This document shows, in pieces, positions 29,206 to 45,086 of a stretch of DNA of 64,000 nt. The stretch lies in the NCBI RefSeq assembly GCF_009914755.1, contig NC_060936.1; one strand, given 5' to 3'. The position numbers and the translations under genes are program-made. Within the stretch, counting starts at the first letter, position 1. Each line of letters starts with the position of its first letter. The notes below the pieces were generated by a model. That model made no database searches, was not told the origin of the DNA, and was given only the letters and a program-made list of their open reading frames with translations. Origin of the DNA: the human T2T-CHM13v2.0 reference genome, Homo sapiens.

Positions 29206-30259
29206 GAGACTTAGAGTTTTCGTCGCTGAGATCTGTCCCAGGGAAGGGAAGGAATGGATGTTTGCAGAACAGCTGCAGGAAAGGATCATGGTGAGATGCA
29301 GGAATAAATGACGGGCTAACCCACAGCTCATTACAGCCTCGCAAATTATTATAGTTGTATATATTAGCAAATTCTTTCCAGTCTTACTTTTAACCTGGGC
29401 ACTGTTCACACTACTCAATTTTAGAGACTTGAATGTTTATGTGAGCCAATGTAAATGAACTATAACTCATGAAATGTACATAGAAGAGATACACTTTTGT
29501 AACATGCATGCCATAAACTGTTGAGACTCTCTGAATTGCGTTCTCTTCCTTGTGAAATATAGAAGGTGAGTTTCTAGGTAATTATAAACAATTTTCTCCT
29601 TATTCCAATTCAATTAACTTAATTGACTGCTTTATGACTGTTGCTTGATAATATGAAAAATAGGAAAAATAAGTGCTATATTTTTCCTTATATTTGTCCA
29701 GTGTAGACTAACTGATTTGTGCCAATTGTCATTATAAAATGACAGTGCCATTACTGTGGACTCTGTAGAGCTGGTCATGTAAAGAGATGTAAGTTGTGGT
29801 ACCTGCACCTGCACCTGAGGCTGAAATGAAGTTCCTGGCAGGAATGCACTGCATCAGAGCTCATGGGCTGGGAGACACCTCAGGAGCAGCCTCTTAGAGT
29901 TGCTGGGAGTAGGAAGTTCATTGCTGAGCCATGGATTTAGTAACTGAAGAGAACAAAGTCAAAGTTACGTTGAGTGGGCAGGACAGGACCAAGGGATCAG
30001 ATGCCCCATCCCAAGTAAATGCCACAGTGGCTTTCAGTGGTCATGGTGGCATCTGGCATTGCAGAACCAGATCACCTCTCTGGAAGATGCATCTGCTCCT
30101 CTGTTGTTTGTTGAGTGTCCCATCACCAAAAGAAGAAAAGAATGACTCTCCTCCTCTTGTCATTCCCCAAAACTCATCTTGCTTAGCCCAACACAATTTT
30201 CCTTTTCATTGAAGAAATATTGGAGATACTTGCTCTATGCCAGGCACTGTTCTAGTCAA

Positions 30260-30670
30260 TTTGAACTTGCTCTTCCCTCTTCTTGGCATGTTTGTTCCAT
30301 GGACATATGCATGGATTGCTAGTTTAAGATTCTGCTTCTTCAGATATTTGATTTCAATATCATATTCACAGTGAGGTCTTTTCTGGTCTAGATCTTTAGA
30401 GTTGCATCCTTCATTTCTCCAGCTCATTCCCTCCCCCTTCCCTACTTTGTATTCCATACCTCACACCACCTTTGAGTATATTAGGAGACTTACTCACTTG
30501 TATGTGTATTTTCTGTGTTCTCTGAATAGAAGGTAAGCATAATAAAAGTCTTTGTTTGTCTTATTTGTTTTTATTGTTTCACCTACTCTGTTTCTTTTGT
30601 ATTCCCGGTGCCTATGAATCCCTGGCACATAACAAGTTTTCAAGAAGTATTTGTGGAATGAAATAAATAG
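30260..30670 (+). mobile_element. L2a 3' end
   Basis: 'cagtgaggtcttttctg...cctggcacataacaagttttcaagaagtatttgtggaatgaa' L2 terminus. Confidence 0.6.
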
Positions 30671-33600
30671 AATCTAGACAAATCCCCTTGTAATCTACAT
30701 TAACTCCAGTATTAAACAACCTGTGCAGGGATTATTCTGTGTGTCTGGACAATGTGTACCCTACTTTTGACCTTAGTCTTGATACTAAGGCCATTGGTAA
30801 GTAAAACCAGCTAAGCAGCACATTTTATAGAATGTGATCTTATAGGATCTTATTCTAACTATATGTAGGTATCTGTATTACATTCTCTGGGCACACACGT
30901 GGGTCTTCTTGGTTGGACATCCTGCCGTTATCTACATAAATGTTACTTCACGCTCATGGGTTTCAACAATTCCCTTTCAAAGCACTAACCTTAAACTTGC
31001 ATTCACTCCTGTTAAACAGCTATGAACTTTATATAGAATTGTTCTTAAATGAAACAATTGTGTCTCTTGGAGATTTCTCCCCTAATTCTTAACCTTTTAT
31101 TTCTCCAAAAACGTAAAGCAAATACTTTCCTTTCCTTGGGGTTTTACTGTAAATAATTCTGTTTCTGTTAGCTCTGGTTTTTGTTATATTTTTCTAGCAT
31201 GATAAACTCATACATGCAGAAACATTATTATGTTATTTAAATAATAGATACTTGCTCACTGTTATTTTTACCAAGGCCACCTGTTTTATAGATTTCCCAT
31301 ATTTAATTCTTATAAAACTCTGTGTATTACCCATATTTTAGGTAAAGGAACAAAGGTCCGGAGATGTTACGTTAGTCAAAGCCTAAAAACCACCATCTAA
31401 AACCACCTAATTTCCACAGCAGTGTAACACAGAATATTTATGAATTAAACCCTAGCATAGGTTTCTAATCTCAAAGCTGACTATTGTTTAATACTTTTAG
31501 CACTCTTTGGAAGGGTGACAACAATAAAAATATTTGAAGTTTCTTGAGCATGGGTGACATTTACATCCATATGATTGCATATAAAAATGTGCCCTTAAAT
31601 AAAAAACAGAAAATTAATCTAACTGGCTTACTCTTTTTATTTATTGAAAGACCAGTGATCATGAAGGCAAGAAAGAATGAAAAAATGGGTGATAGTAAAT
31701 GTATGCACACAAAGAAGGTATGAACATTAAGCGTAATTTGCTTTTCATAACATCAGCATGTGATAAAATGTTTTATAAATGCTGCTGCAAAAAATACTCA
31801 TTCTCATGATTGTTAAATGTCACAAATTTGCTTTTTAAAATTCAGTCAGGTAGCTAATTCTGGGGCTAGATTAATAACACGCATTGACAATCTTTATGAT
31901 GATTATTTCTGGCATCTCTTAATTTTTTATTGCTAATAAAGTAAATCAACACCCAAATTCATTCCTGTGAAATTCACACAATTTTCTTAGCTGTTATGAT
32001 TTATTATTTCAATGTTTGTGTGTCTGGCTTAAATTGTGAGTTCAATGGCTACAGTCCTATTCTTTTGATGTGTTGTCTAATGCTAAGCATACTGTTGGCT
32101 CTCAGCAAACAATAAATTATTTCAGTCATAACCCCTAACATTCTTGTCTAGACAGTCTTCCATATGGTGCAATTGTTCTTGTTTCCATGTTTTCATCAAT
32201 AATGGCAGAATGAATTCTGAGTTTTATATGTAGATTTTTAAAAAATCGCACCTTCTCAAAATAACCAGTATGAACTATTTTGGGAACCATATTTTATAAG
32301 AAAACATTTTTGAAAATGCTCTAATTACTTTGGAAGGTTTAAAGAGTCATTTTCATACCAATTAGATTTTACCAAATAGAGATTTTATGGTGTAGAGATC
32401 TGAAGATAAGCATTTGCTATTTCTCGCCTTTTTGGCTCTGCTTAATTATTAATTCCTGGACTACTCCTACATAATGAATTCTCCATTATGTAAACAAGAA
32501 TTCAGTTTTCATTAAAGGTCACACAAATTAGTTTTGTGTAATGTTAGAATTCAGAATTATGGATTCATATTTCCTAAGGTGGGGAGCTCTGCTACCAGTA
32601 ATTTATTTATTATTCATATATGTTGAAGTATATTTAAGAAGGGCTATAAGATGTAACAATATTGTTCATTAAAAGACAGATCTGAGACTGTCAAACAAGA
32701 CCTGGTAACTTCAAGAGGAACAGGATTATGCATGCTATATATAGTATGTTGTCATCTGCTTAAAGATGATCCAAAACAGCAAAAAATACTGTTTATTAGA
32801 ACCCAATTGGTGCCCTCAGTCATCTTTTGTATGCCTACCTCTATGTTACTTTCATATCTCCTTGTCTTTTAAAAATAGACAATATGGCTTTGAAAATGGA
32901 AATATATTGAAAATGTTTGAAACTAATGCTGTGAAACACATTCTGATGAATTCAGCTCTTGGGAAAACCTCGCTAGCATTCCCTGGTGGCTCTCATTGCT
33001 TATAACAGTGATTTTCAATAAAATATTGCCTGAATCCCCAAAATAAATGGATAAAATGATGTCAGTCTACTGGAAGAGAAACGGCCTGGATCTTCATCTA
33101 TTTGTCTCTCTTTGGATTCTGCAGGGGTGCTTGAAAATCCATTGGGTTCTTTTGAAAACAATCAGCCTATTGAATGAAATCTTGGTTCGTTTATTATCTG
33201 GTCCATACCAATCTAAATAACCTAATTTTCTACTTTTCCTTTTTTTCATGCTTCAGCAACATGAATATTGTAATTTCTAGTATCCACTTTTTTTTTTTTG
33301 CGTGTTGTAAGTCAATTGCATAAGTTATTCTTGTAGACTAGAATGCCTGGTCCTTTTGATGCTTCTCTCTCTCGTAGCTCTTTGACGCACCTCTCTGAAG
33401 TTTTCCCCAATTTTCCCAACAATACTTAGAAACAACTGCATGTAGTTCCAAAATATCTTATATAAGTGTTGTGCATCTCAGCAGTTATGGAACAATTCTG
33501 TAATTGTGGATTGCATAAATGTCCTAAAGTATAACCTCCTTCAAGTTAGATTTGTATCTTTTCATCTTTCTATCTCTGTGCTTGTCTTTCTGTAAGTGAT

Positions 33601-35384
33601 CACTAAATACATATTTAGTAAGCAAATTAACTCAAAATTTATTGACACGAATTTAAATCTATTGTTAATTTTATATGGTTATAATTGTTTACCTATGATT
33701 GTGTTTCATTCTTGGAAACTTGGCTCCTGCTGAAAACATTGTAATGAAATTTAACGTGAAAAGAAAATCATCTAGTATTGTACTGAGTGGAAGCTACTAT
33801 GATAGTGGAGTACAGGTAGACTATTTTTTATCGGTTGAAGAATCCCTAATTCCAACTACCTACAGTTAAAATTTTGAAAGTTAATGTGTCGGGGGGGAAA
33901 AATCATTTTGGTGCTTCCTTGCTCACTTGGCTCTGGAAGCCAGTTCCTTTAATTCACTTAGTAAAATTTTCTTCTGCTTTAACATGAGACACTTGATTTG
34001 AAATTCAGCAGAGTACAAAAAAGATAAACAACCAAGAAAGGTCATGTGAGGATAGTAAATTTGGCTGACTACTCTGTCCTCTTCTGGAGTTTGATCAATA
34101 TCTGTAGGTGAAAATAACCCTCATTAGGTTCTTGAAATGTTTATGAGCTAGTTTCAAGTTTTCTGCTTTCCTAACTTTCTGGCACTATAACTTTCTATAA
34201 TTATCTAATGGCAGTTTTTGAAAATCGGATATGGGTTTTTTAAAAAAAGACTTATTTGGGCATCATATAAATACTGGAACTTTCATGATATTTATCTTCA
34301 CGTGCATATAAATGAATATTGATCTCATATCACAATCATCTAGGGACTATTGAATTTTGGTTGTAAATTTAGTCTGCTGATTTTCTTCCATGTTCCTTCC
34401 TTGATGCCAGAAAAATCCTACTTGGCTCCAGTTATTCCAGAGTATTCCAACAGCTTCTTAAGATTAATAAATATCACAGACAAAGACTATAAAGACTAAG
34501 AGGGAGAACAATTAATAAATTATAACTAATATATTGTGATGAGTGTTTATTATATGAGTTAAACCCACTAATTTTGTGGAGTATTTTTACCTAACATTTT
34601 TAAGACTTATTATTGTGTCAAGACTTTTACATGATGTTTAACTCTTAGTAAATTAATTAATTTAGAATTATATTAAAACACAAAACACTTGAGATCACAA
34701 TTAATTTCTATATAGTGTCCAAATATGCTACCGTATATGATCTTACAGTAATCCTGGTGGTATGACTATTATTTCTGTTCTATAGATAACATTTCTAAAA
34801 GTATGCTTAAATTTAAAAAATTTTATCCTTAGAAAGCTGAAATTGATTAGTTAACTCTGGGTTTTTATAAGAGATTTTAGAATCTGTGGTTTTATTCACA
34901 TTGAGATATTCTTAGTTATTATCTCTTTAAATATTGCTTTTGACCATTTTCTCTCTTTCCTGTCTCTGTGAGACTCCATGTCTTGTTACTTATTAGATTC
35001 TTACTCTATCCTCTGTGTCTTCTACCTTCTCTTCTAGGTTTTCCCCCCATTTTTTTGTGGTTTCATTATGGATTTTTTTCTTCTGATCTCTCCTTCAATT
35101 CAGTAATTCTCTCCTCACCACTTTTTACCTGCTGCTATACCCTTTCATCATGTTATCCATTGAGTTCTAATCTGTGATTATATATTTCCATTTCCAATAT
35201 GTTGCTGAAATTTTTGTCATTTTCTTGAACATAATGACTATTGTTATTTTAAAGTGCCTCTCTACTAACTCCGCTGTGTGGAGTTTTTGTGGGTTCATCT
35301 CTACTGTCTGTTGTTCCTGCTGATTTGTTCATGTCATTTTATCTACTGCTGGGTCTGATTACTATATTGTATGTCAGACTTTGC

Positions 35385-35500
35385 ATTATAAACTGCATAT
35401 TTTTTCCCAAAATTCATGTGTTGAAACTGTAATCCATAATGGATGATAATAAAAGGTGGGCCTTTGGGAGGTAATTAGGTCATAAGAATGGAGCCCAAAC
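35385..35500 (+). mobile_element. MLT1A-like LTR 5' fragment
   Basis: 'cccaaaattcatgtgttgaaac...aggtggggcctttgggaggtaattaggtcat...ggagccc'. Confidence 0.7.
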
Positions 35501-35654
35501 TGACTGAGATACCTTGTAAATTACTTATAGAAATAACTGGAGGCCTAGGATGAAATTATTTTACTCCAGGAAGGACTTACTTTTATTTCTGGTAGATGAC
35601 TAGGGTTACTAGCAATGTAGGATTATATTAGTTCAATTTGAAATATTGAAAGTA

Positions 35655-38267
35655 TTGTACCAGTACCATGCTGTTTTGGTTACTGTAATTCTGTAGTATA
35701 GTTTGAAGTCAGGTAGCATGATGCCTCCAGTTTTGTTCTTTTTGCTTAGGATTATCTTGACCATTCAAGATCATTTTTTGTTTCATGTGAATTTTAAAAT
35801 AGTTTTCTTCTAGTTTTGTAAAGAACCCAAATGGTAGTTTAATAGGCATAGCATTGAATCTATAAATTGTTTTGGACAATATGGCCATTTTTATGATATT
35901 GATTCTCTCTATTCATGAACACAGAATGTTTTTCAGTTTGTGTCATCTCTGATTTCGTTGAGCAGTGTTTTATAGTTGTCCTTATAGAGATACTTCACCT
36001 CTTTAGTTAGCTGTATTCCTAGGCATTTTATTCTTTTTGTGGCAGTTGTGAATGGGATTATGTGTCTGATTTGGATCTCAGCCTGTCTCTTGTTGGTGTA
36101 TAGGACTGCTAGTGATTTTTGCACACTGATTTTGTATCCTGAGACTTTGCTGAAGTCGCTTATCAGCTTAAGAAGCTTTTGGGCTGAGACTATGAGGTTT
36201 GCTAGATACAGGAATAGTTTGACTTTCTCTCTTCCTATTTGGATGCCCTTTATTTCTTTTTCTTGCCTGATTGCTCTGGCCAGGACTTCCAATGCTATGT
36301 TGAATGGGAGTGATGAGAGAGGGCATCTTTGTCTTATGCTGGTTTTCAAGGAAAATGCTTCCAGCTTTTGCCCATTCAGTATGATGTTGGCTGTTGGTTT
36401 GTCATAGAGATGGCTCTTATTATTTTGAGGTGTGTTCCTTCAACACCTAGTTTATTGAGAGTTTTAACATGAAGGGGTGTTGGATTTTAGCAAAAGCCTT
36501 CTCTGTATCTATTGAGATAATCATGTGATTTTTGTCTTTAGTTCTGTTTATGTGATGAATCACATTTATTGATTTGTGTATGTTGACCCAACTTGCATCT
36601 CAAGGACAAAGCCTACTTTATTGTGGTGGATAAGCTTTTTGATGTACTGCTGGATTCAGTTTGCCAGTATTTTGTTGAGGATTTTTGCATTGATTCATCA
36701 AGGATATTGGCCTGAAGTTTGCATTTTTTGTTGCATCTGTGAGATTTTGGTGTCAAGATGATGCTGGCCTCATAGAATGAGTTAGGCAGGAGTCCCTCCT
36801 CCTCAATTTTTTGGAATAGTTTCAATACAAATGGTAGGGACCAGCTCCTCTTTGTATATCTAGTAGAATTCAGCTGTGAATCTGTTTGGTACAAAAATAG
36901 ACACACAGACCAATGGAACAGAATAGAGAACCCAGAAATAAAGCCACATGCCCACAACTATCTGATCTTCGACAAACCTAAGAAAAATGAGAAGCAGGGA
37001 AAGGATTCCCTATTCAATAAATGGTGCTGGGATAACTGGCTAGTCATATGCAGAAGACTTGAAACCAGACCCCTTTCTTACACCATATAAAAAAATTAAC
37101 TCAAGATGGATAAAAGACTTATACGTAAAACCCCAAACTATAAAATCCCTGGAAGACAACATAGGATACCATTCAGGACACAGGAACAGGCAAGGATTTC
37201 ATGTCAAAGACCCCCAAAGCAATTGCAGCAAAAGAAAAAATTGACAAATGGAATCTAATTAAACTACAGAGTTTCTGCATAGCAAAAGAAACTATCAAGC
37301 AAGTGAACAGAAAACCTACAGAATGGAAAAAAATTGCAAACTATACATCTGATGAGAGTCTAATATCCAGCATGTATAAGGAACTTAACAAATTTGAGAA
37401 AAAACAGACAACCCCATTAAAAAGTGGGCAAAGGACATGAACAGATGCTTCTCAAAAGAAGACATACGTGTGACCAACAATCATATGAAAAAAAGCTCAA
37501 CATCACCGATTATTAGAGAAATGCAAATGAAAACCACAATGAGAAACCATCTCACACCAGTTAAAATGGCTATTAAAAAGTAAAAAAAAAAATAACAGAT
37601 GCTGGCCAAGTTGTGGAGAAAAACGAATGCTTATACACTGTTGATGTGAGTGTAAATTAGTTCAACCATGGTGGAGACAGTGTGGCAATTCCTTAAAGAC
37701 CTAAAAACAGAAATACCATTTGACCCAGCAATCTCATTACTGGGTATATACCCAAAGGAATGTAAATCATTCGATTACTAAGACATATGCCCATTTTTGT
37801 TCATTGCAGCATTATTCGCAATAGCAAAGACATGGAATCAGCCTAGATGCCCATCAACGACAGACTTGATAATGAAAATGTTGTACATATACACCATGGA
37901 ATACTATGCAGCCATAAAAAAGAATGAGATCATTTCCTTTGCAAGGACATGGATGGAGCTGGAGGCCATTATTCTTAGCAAACTGACACAGGAACAGAAA
38001 ACCAAATACTGCATGTTTTCACTTATAAATGGAGCTAACTGATGAGAACACGTGGATACATAGAGGTGAACAACACACACTAGGGCCCTTTTGAGGGTGG
38101 GAGATGGGAGGAGGGAGAGGATCAGGAAAAATAACTAAGGGGTACTAGGCTTAATGCCTGGGTGATAAAATAATCTGTACAACAAACCTCCATGACACAA
38201 TTTTACCTTCGTAACAAACCTGCATGTGTACCTCTGAACTTCATATAAAAGTCAACAAAAAACGAGA
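35655..38267 (+). mobile_element. L1PA (PA11-13-like), 5'-truncated with 5' inversion
   Basis: ORF2 antisense 35655-36890, sense 36887-38267 through the 3'UTR 'gaggatcaggaaaaataactaa..gtactaggcttaat'; approximate TSD aaatattg(aa/gt)ag at 35641-35652 and 38268-38279; ORF2 peptides on both strands in the ORF track. Confidence 0.92.
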
Positions 38268-38826
38268 AAATATTGGTAGCTAAGCTACCATCTCTAGGAG
38301 GGCCTATTTTTGGTTCATCCTTACTCCCAAAATGTTCACATAAATCCTTTTCTTTTCAGCAGGCTCTGGAGTTAATTATCTGAACCCTTATCTCCCAGAG
38401 GCTATTAAAAGTGCACTTAATTTGGGAGCCCCTGGATAGAGTTGGTGAATTTCTCCCAGGAGAAAAGTCCCTCCAAATTCTAGCTCACCTCCTTAAGCCT
38501 CCATCTTTCCATGGATCTTGTCTCATAATTCTTTACTATTTTATTAGTTCTCTGACATTTTTAAGCAGAATTAAAAAATACTTTGCCAGACTTCCTATTG
38601 CCTTCAGCAGGAGGATAGTTCTGAGTTATTTAGTCTGCTATTACCTGGAAGAAGGAGACTTTAGTTATTTCTCTGCATATGTGTTTACCTGGGCTATTTA
38701 ATAATAAAACCTGAAAAAAAATGTTTCTTAGTTTTAGATGCATACACAGGCTTATTTTCAAAAATGTTTTAATAGATTGGTTGTTAGAATTTGAAATGCA
38801 TTTTTCTATAAAAACACCTATATACT

Positions 38827-39262
<436 letters not shown>

Positions 39263-39494
39263 TTATTGAGGGAGTGCTGACATGGGAAAAAGCTGTGAAA
39301 AACTACCGACAGCAGGATAGGGCAGAGGGGAAGGCCAAACGAAAATAGGCTTCGGATAAAGTCTGGCTTCACCCATCACATGAGAAGCTCTAGAGCATAA
39401 AATAATACCACAGTATTATCCCAAATTGAGGCAAAGGGGTTGAGCTTTTGTAGCCCTGAATTATTGAGTCATCAACCGCAAGCTATGCTTATAA

Positions 39495-39881
<387 letters not shown>

Positions 39882-42800
39882 TTCAGGCATTTTTATACAA
39901 GGCAATTCCTGTCAGCTCACAACAGTACTAGGAGAAAAGTGGAGCTGTATCCTTTTTGCAGCCAGCTCACGGTAGGTTGGTGCCCCCTCATAGTAAAGGG
40001 GACCTAGGCAGGGCATCAACAGCAATCCCATAAGCCATCTAATGTATAAGGCAGTATTTTTAATACTATGGAATTTAATTTCTAAGAATGATAGTGTTTG
40101 TTTGAGAATATGCATTTAGATATTATACTTGGAATACTTTTCTGTCTCTACTGAGGTCTGAATAACTCTCCCAGACTTCCCAACTGCCAGACAGAGAAAT
40201 AGGGATTTCTTCAGAAATAAGTCATGGTGGCAGCTCCAGTAGCCTGGCAGAGACAGTGTCTTAGATGGAGGTAATAGAAAGGTGAGACTCGTTAGGGAGC
40301 CAGAGAATAATGAGTTGTGGGCTGTTTGTAAGGAGTTGAGAGTCAGAACTATTCTTATAATTTCTCATTTTCTGATTACCTTCTGTTATCTCCCGGCCAC
40401 CCCGAAGTTGTCTTTTCTGCTTTCCGTATTTCCACCTATGTCTTCCTCACAGAACGTCTTCCTGGTCTTCTATGGAAGAGAAGATTAATTACTTTCCTTC
40501 CTTTTCCTTAAGTAAAAATACAAATCTTTTGAAGATTTTCTCAGATGAACATTCTCCTTTTCCTTTAGTTCATGTGTTAGAAAAACAACGTAAAACTAAG
40601 CTGCAAAGAAAAAGTTACGTTTGTATGGTAAAATGTGCACAGATTTGGAGTTATACAGATCTGGCTTCATATCTATTTTGGTTCTATTAATTACTACTAG
40701 TATTCTGAATAATAATTAGAACTATTGTTAAAATGTGTAGATACTGAGAGAAAGGTCTGGAGAATCTACAAAGAGAAAAACGTATATGAAATATTTTTAA
40801 AATTCTACTGAGTATACTTTATGAAATTGTCTTTTTTTCACGGTGAAAAACAAAAAAATTTACTAGCTTACCATTCTTAAATATACAGTTTAGTAGCGTT
40901 AAGTATATTTACATTGTTGTGAAACAGATCTTCAGAACTTTTTTATCTTGTAAAACTGAAACTCTGTACCTATCAAACAACAACTACTCCTTTCCCCCTC
41001 CTCCCAACCCTAGTAACAATTATTCTACTGTTTCTATGAATTTGACTAGGGGTATCATATAGTATTTGTGTTTTTATGACTGGATTATTTCACTTAGCAT
41101 AATTTTCTCAAGATTTATCAATGTTGTAGTGTGTGTATCAGAATTTCCTTTTAAGGTTGATTAATATTCCACTGTATGTATGTACCACATTTCATTTATC
41201 CATTTGTCATTTGATGAACATTTACATTTCTTCTGCCTCTCAGCTTTGTGGATAATGCTGTGTGAACATGGGTGTGCAAATATCTCTTCAGGACTCTGCT
41301 TTCAATTTTTTTAGATATATGGTTAGAAGTTGAATTGCTGGATAATATGGTAGCTCTACTTTTAATTTTTGAGGGACCTCCATATTGTTTTCCATAGCAG
41401 TTGGACTATTTTACAATCCCACCAACAGTGCACAAGGTTTCAATTTATCGACATTCTCACCAATGCATGTTGTTTTCTGTTGTTCTGATAGTAGCCACTC
41501 TAATGGGTATGAGTTAGTATCTCATTGTGATTTTGATTTGCATTTCCCTAGTGATTAGTGATGTTGGCCATCTTCTCAAATGCTTGTTGGCCATTTGTAT
41601 ATCATCTTTGGAGATAAATAGATATTTGAATGTCTATTCGAAATCTTTGCCAATTTTAAAAATTGGGTTATTTGATTTTGTTGTTGTGTTGTAAGAGTTT
41701 TTATGTATTCTGGATATCAACTCCTTATCAGATGTATGATTTGAAAATATTGTCTCCCATGCTGTAGGGTGCCCTTTCACTCTGTTGATTGTGTCCTTTG
41801 ATGTACAAAAGGGTTAAAGTTTGATGTAGTCTCATTTGTTTATTTTTGCTTTTGTTGCCTGTTCTTTAGTTTTCATACCTGAGAGAAAACATTGCGAATT
41901 CCAATGTCATAAAGGTTTTTCCATGTAGTTTCTTCTAGGAGCTTTAGAGTTTGGGGGTCTTACATTTTGACTTTTTATTCATTTTGAGTTAATTTTTGTA
42001 TATAGTAGAAGACACAGTGCACCATTCTTTTGCAAGCGAATATCTAGTTTTCCAGCACTATTTGTTGAATGGTGGTGTTTTTCCTCATTGAGTGGTTTTG
42101 ACATCCTTGTTGAACATTGTTTGATGATACAAATGAGGGTTTATTTCTGGGTCATCTCTTCTATTCCACTGGTTTATATTTGTTGTTATGTTAATACCAC
42201 ACTTTGATTATTGTGGCTTTATATGTTTTGAAATTGGTAAGTGTGAGTTCTACAACTTTGTTCTTTTTCAAAATTGTTCTGATTATTTGCTGTCCTTTGA
42301 AACTTTAGTATGAATTTTCCTAATTCTAAAATAAATTTTAGTACAAATTTTTCTATTTCTGCAATAAAATGCCACTGGGATTTTATTAATAATAGGGATT
42401 CCATTGAACCTGTATATCACTTTTGGTAATATAGACATTTTAACAATATTGCCTTCCAATCCATGAACACAGAATATTGTTCAATTTATTTGTGTCCTCT
42501 TTAACTTTTTTCAGCAATGTTTTATTGTTTTCAGCAATGTTTTGTAGTTTTTGACATGTCTTTCTCCTCTTGGTTAGGCTTATTCCAAAGTGTTTTCTTC
42601 TTTTTGATGCCATTACAAATGGAATTGTTTTAATTTTGTTTTGGTTTGCTCATTGTTAATATACAGAAATACAACTCATTTTGTGTGTTGATTTTATACC
42701 CAGTAAATTTGCTCAATTCATTTATTAGTTTTAATAGTTTTTATTTTTGCAGAATGTTTAGGTTTTCTACATATAAGATTATGTCATCTGTGAATAGAAA

Positions 42801-44861
42801 TAATTTTATTTCTTCCTTTCCAATTTGGATACCTTTTATTTTATTTTATTTTTTTGCCTGATTGATGTGACTAGGACTTTCAATATTCTATTAAATAGAA
42901 GTGACAAGTGCTGGGATCCTTACCCTGCTTTCAATCTTAAAGAAAAAGTTTTCAGTTTTCCACTATTGAATGTGATGTTAGCTGTGGATGTTTCATATAA
43001 GGCCTCTATTATGTTGAGGTAGTTTCCTTCTATTTCTAGTTTGTTGAATACTTTATTGAAAGGGTATTAAATGCTGTCACATACTTTTACTATATCAATG
43101 ATCATGTGACTTTTGGTCTTCATTCTGTTAATGCAGTATATTAATTTGATTGATTTTTACATGTCAAAACATTCTTGCATTCCATGAATAAATTCCACTT
43201 GGTCATGGTGTAAAATTCTTTTAATGTGCTGTTGAATTCAGTTTTCTAGTATTTTGTTGAGGATTTTCTCATCAACATTAATCAGAGATATTGGTCTGTA
43301 GTTTTCTTGAGCTTTGTCTGGCCTTGGTATCAGAGTAATGCTGATCTTATAGAATGAATTTGAATGTGTTCACTTCTCTTTAATTTTTTAGAAGAGTTTC
43401 AACAGGATTTGTGTTGATTCTTGTAATATTTCATAGAATTTTCCAGTAAAACCATCTGGTCATATACTTTTCTTTGTTGGGAGGTTTTTGATTTTTGATT
43501 CGATCTCCTTTCTAATTATTGGTCTGTTTAGATATTCTGTTTCTTCATGATTCAGTCTTGATAAGTTGTGTGTTGCTAGGAATTCATCCATTTCTCCTAA
43601 GTTATACAATTTGTTGACATAAAATTGCTCATAATATTCTGTTATTATTCTTATTTTTGTGACATTGGTTGTAATGTACAGTCTTTTATTTTCAATTTAT
43701 TTGAATCATCTCTTTTTTTCTTAGCTAATCTAGCTAAGGATTTGTCAATTCTCCTTATCTCTTCAAAAAAACCAATTCTTGGTTTAGTTGATTTCTTTCT
43801 GTTGTTTTTCTGTTTCTGATTTCATTTATCTCTGCTCTAAGTTTTGTTAGAACTTTGGGTTTAGTTTGTTCTTCTTTTTCTAGTTTCTTGAGTTAGGTTG
43901 TTGATTTAAGATCTTTCCTTTTTTTTAGTGTACAAATTTACATGTATAAATCTTCCTTTTAGCACTGCTTTCATTGCATCTCATAAGTTTTGGTTTGTTG
44001 TGTTTTCATTTCCATTTGTCCCAATATATTTTCTAATTTTCCTTGTGACTTCTTCTGTGACCTGTTTGTTATATAAGAATTTGTTGTTTAATTTACATTT
44101 ATTTGTGCATTTTTTCATTTTGCTATTGATTTCTAATTTTATTCCATTGTGACTAGAAAAGATACTTTGTATAGCTTTAATCTTCTAGAATTTGTTAGAC
44201 TTGTTTTATGGCCTAACTTGTTGTATCTTGAAAGATCTTCCATGTACACTTGAGAAAAATATATATTCTGCTATTGTTGGGTGAAGTGCTCTGTATATGT
44301 CTGATAGATCCAATTAGTCTATCGTAGTGTCTGAGTTCTTTATTTTCTTATTGATCTTCAGTCTGGTTATTCTATCTATTACTGAAAATGAAGAAATGAA
44401 AGTTTCCTACAACTACAGTGTTGATATTTGTTTCCTCAATTCTGTCAAAATTTTATTTACATATTTAGGAGTTTTGAGGCTTGGTGCATAAATATTTATA
44501 AATATTATATCTTCTTCATAAATTAAGCCTTTCATTAATATATAATGTCCCCTTTTACTTTTTGTAACATTTTTGTCTTAAAGCTTATTTTGTCTGATAT
44601 TAGTATAGCAACCTCTGCTTCCTTTTGGTTACTATTTGCATGCAGTATCTTTTTCCATCCTTTCAGTTTCAGCCTATGTGTATTTGTACATCTAAAAAGT
44701 GAATCTCTTTTAGAGAGCATGTAGTTGGATCATGTTTTTTTTTTTTTAATCCATTCAGCCAATCTATGTCTTCTGATTGGAGAGTTTAATTCATTTACAT
44801 TTAAAGTAATTACTGATAAGGGAAGACTTGATATTGTCATTTTGTTTTCTGTATCTTATAC

Positions 44862-45086
44862 CAAGCTTGTCCAACCTGCAGCTTGCAGGCTGAGTGTAGC
44901 CCAGGATGGGTTTGGATGTGGCCCAAGACAAATTCGTAATCTTTTTGAAAACATTATGAGGTTGTTTTTTGTGATTTTTTTTTTTAAAGCTCATTAGCTA
45001 TTGTGTTAGTGTATTTTATGTGTGGTCCAAGACAATTTTTCTTCTTCCAGTGTAGCCCAAGGTAGCCAAAAAATTAGGTACCCCTA
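44862..45086. mobile_element. MER30 (hAT-Charlie)
   Basis: 'caagcttgtccaacc...ggcccaagacaaattcgtaa...gtgtattttatgtgtggtccaagacaatt...cccta'; 8-bp TSD tcttatac / ttttatac. Confidence 0.9.

Larger units (their letters stand above)
34880..38660 (-). mobile_element. Very old L1M/HAL1-like element, split by an L1PA insertion and an MLT1A fragment
   Basis: Antisense ORF1-like 'ttctgatctctccttcaattcagtaattctctcc' at about 35080; 5'-end-like 'cagcaggaggatagttctgagttatttagtctgctattacctggaag' at about 38605-38650. Confidence 0.5.
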
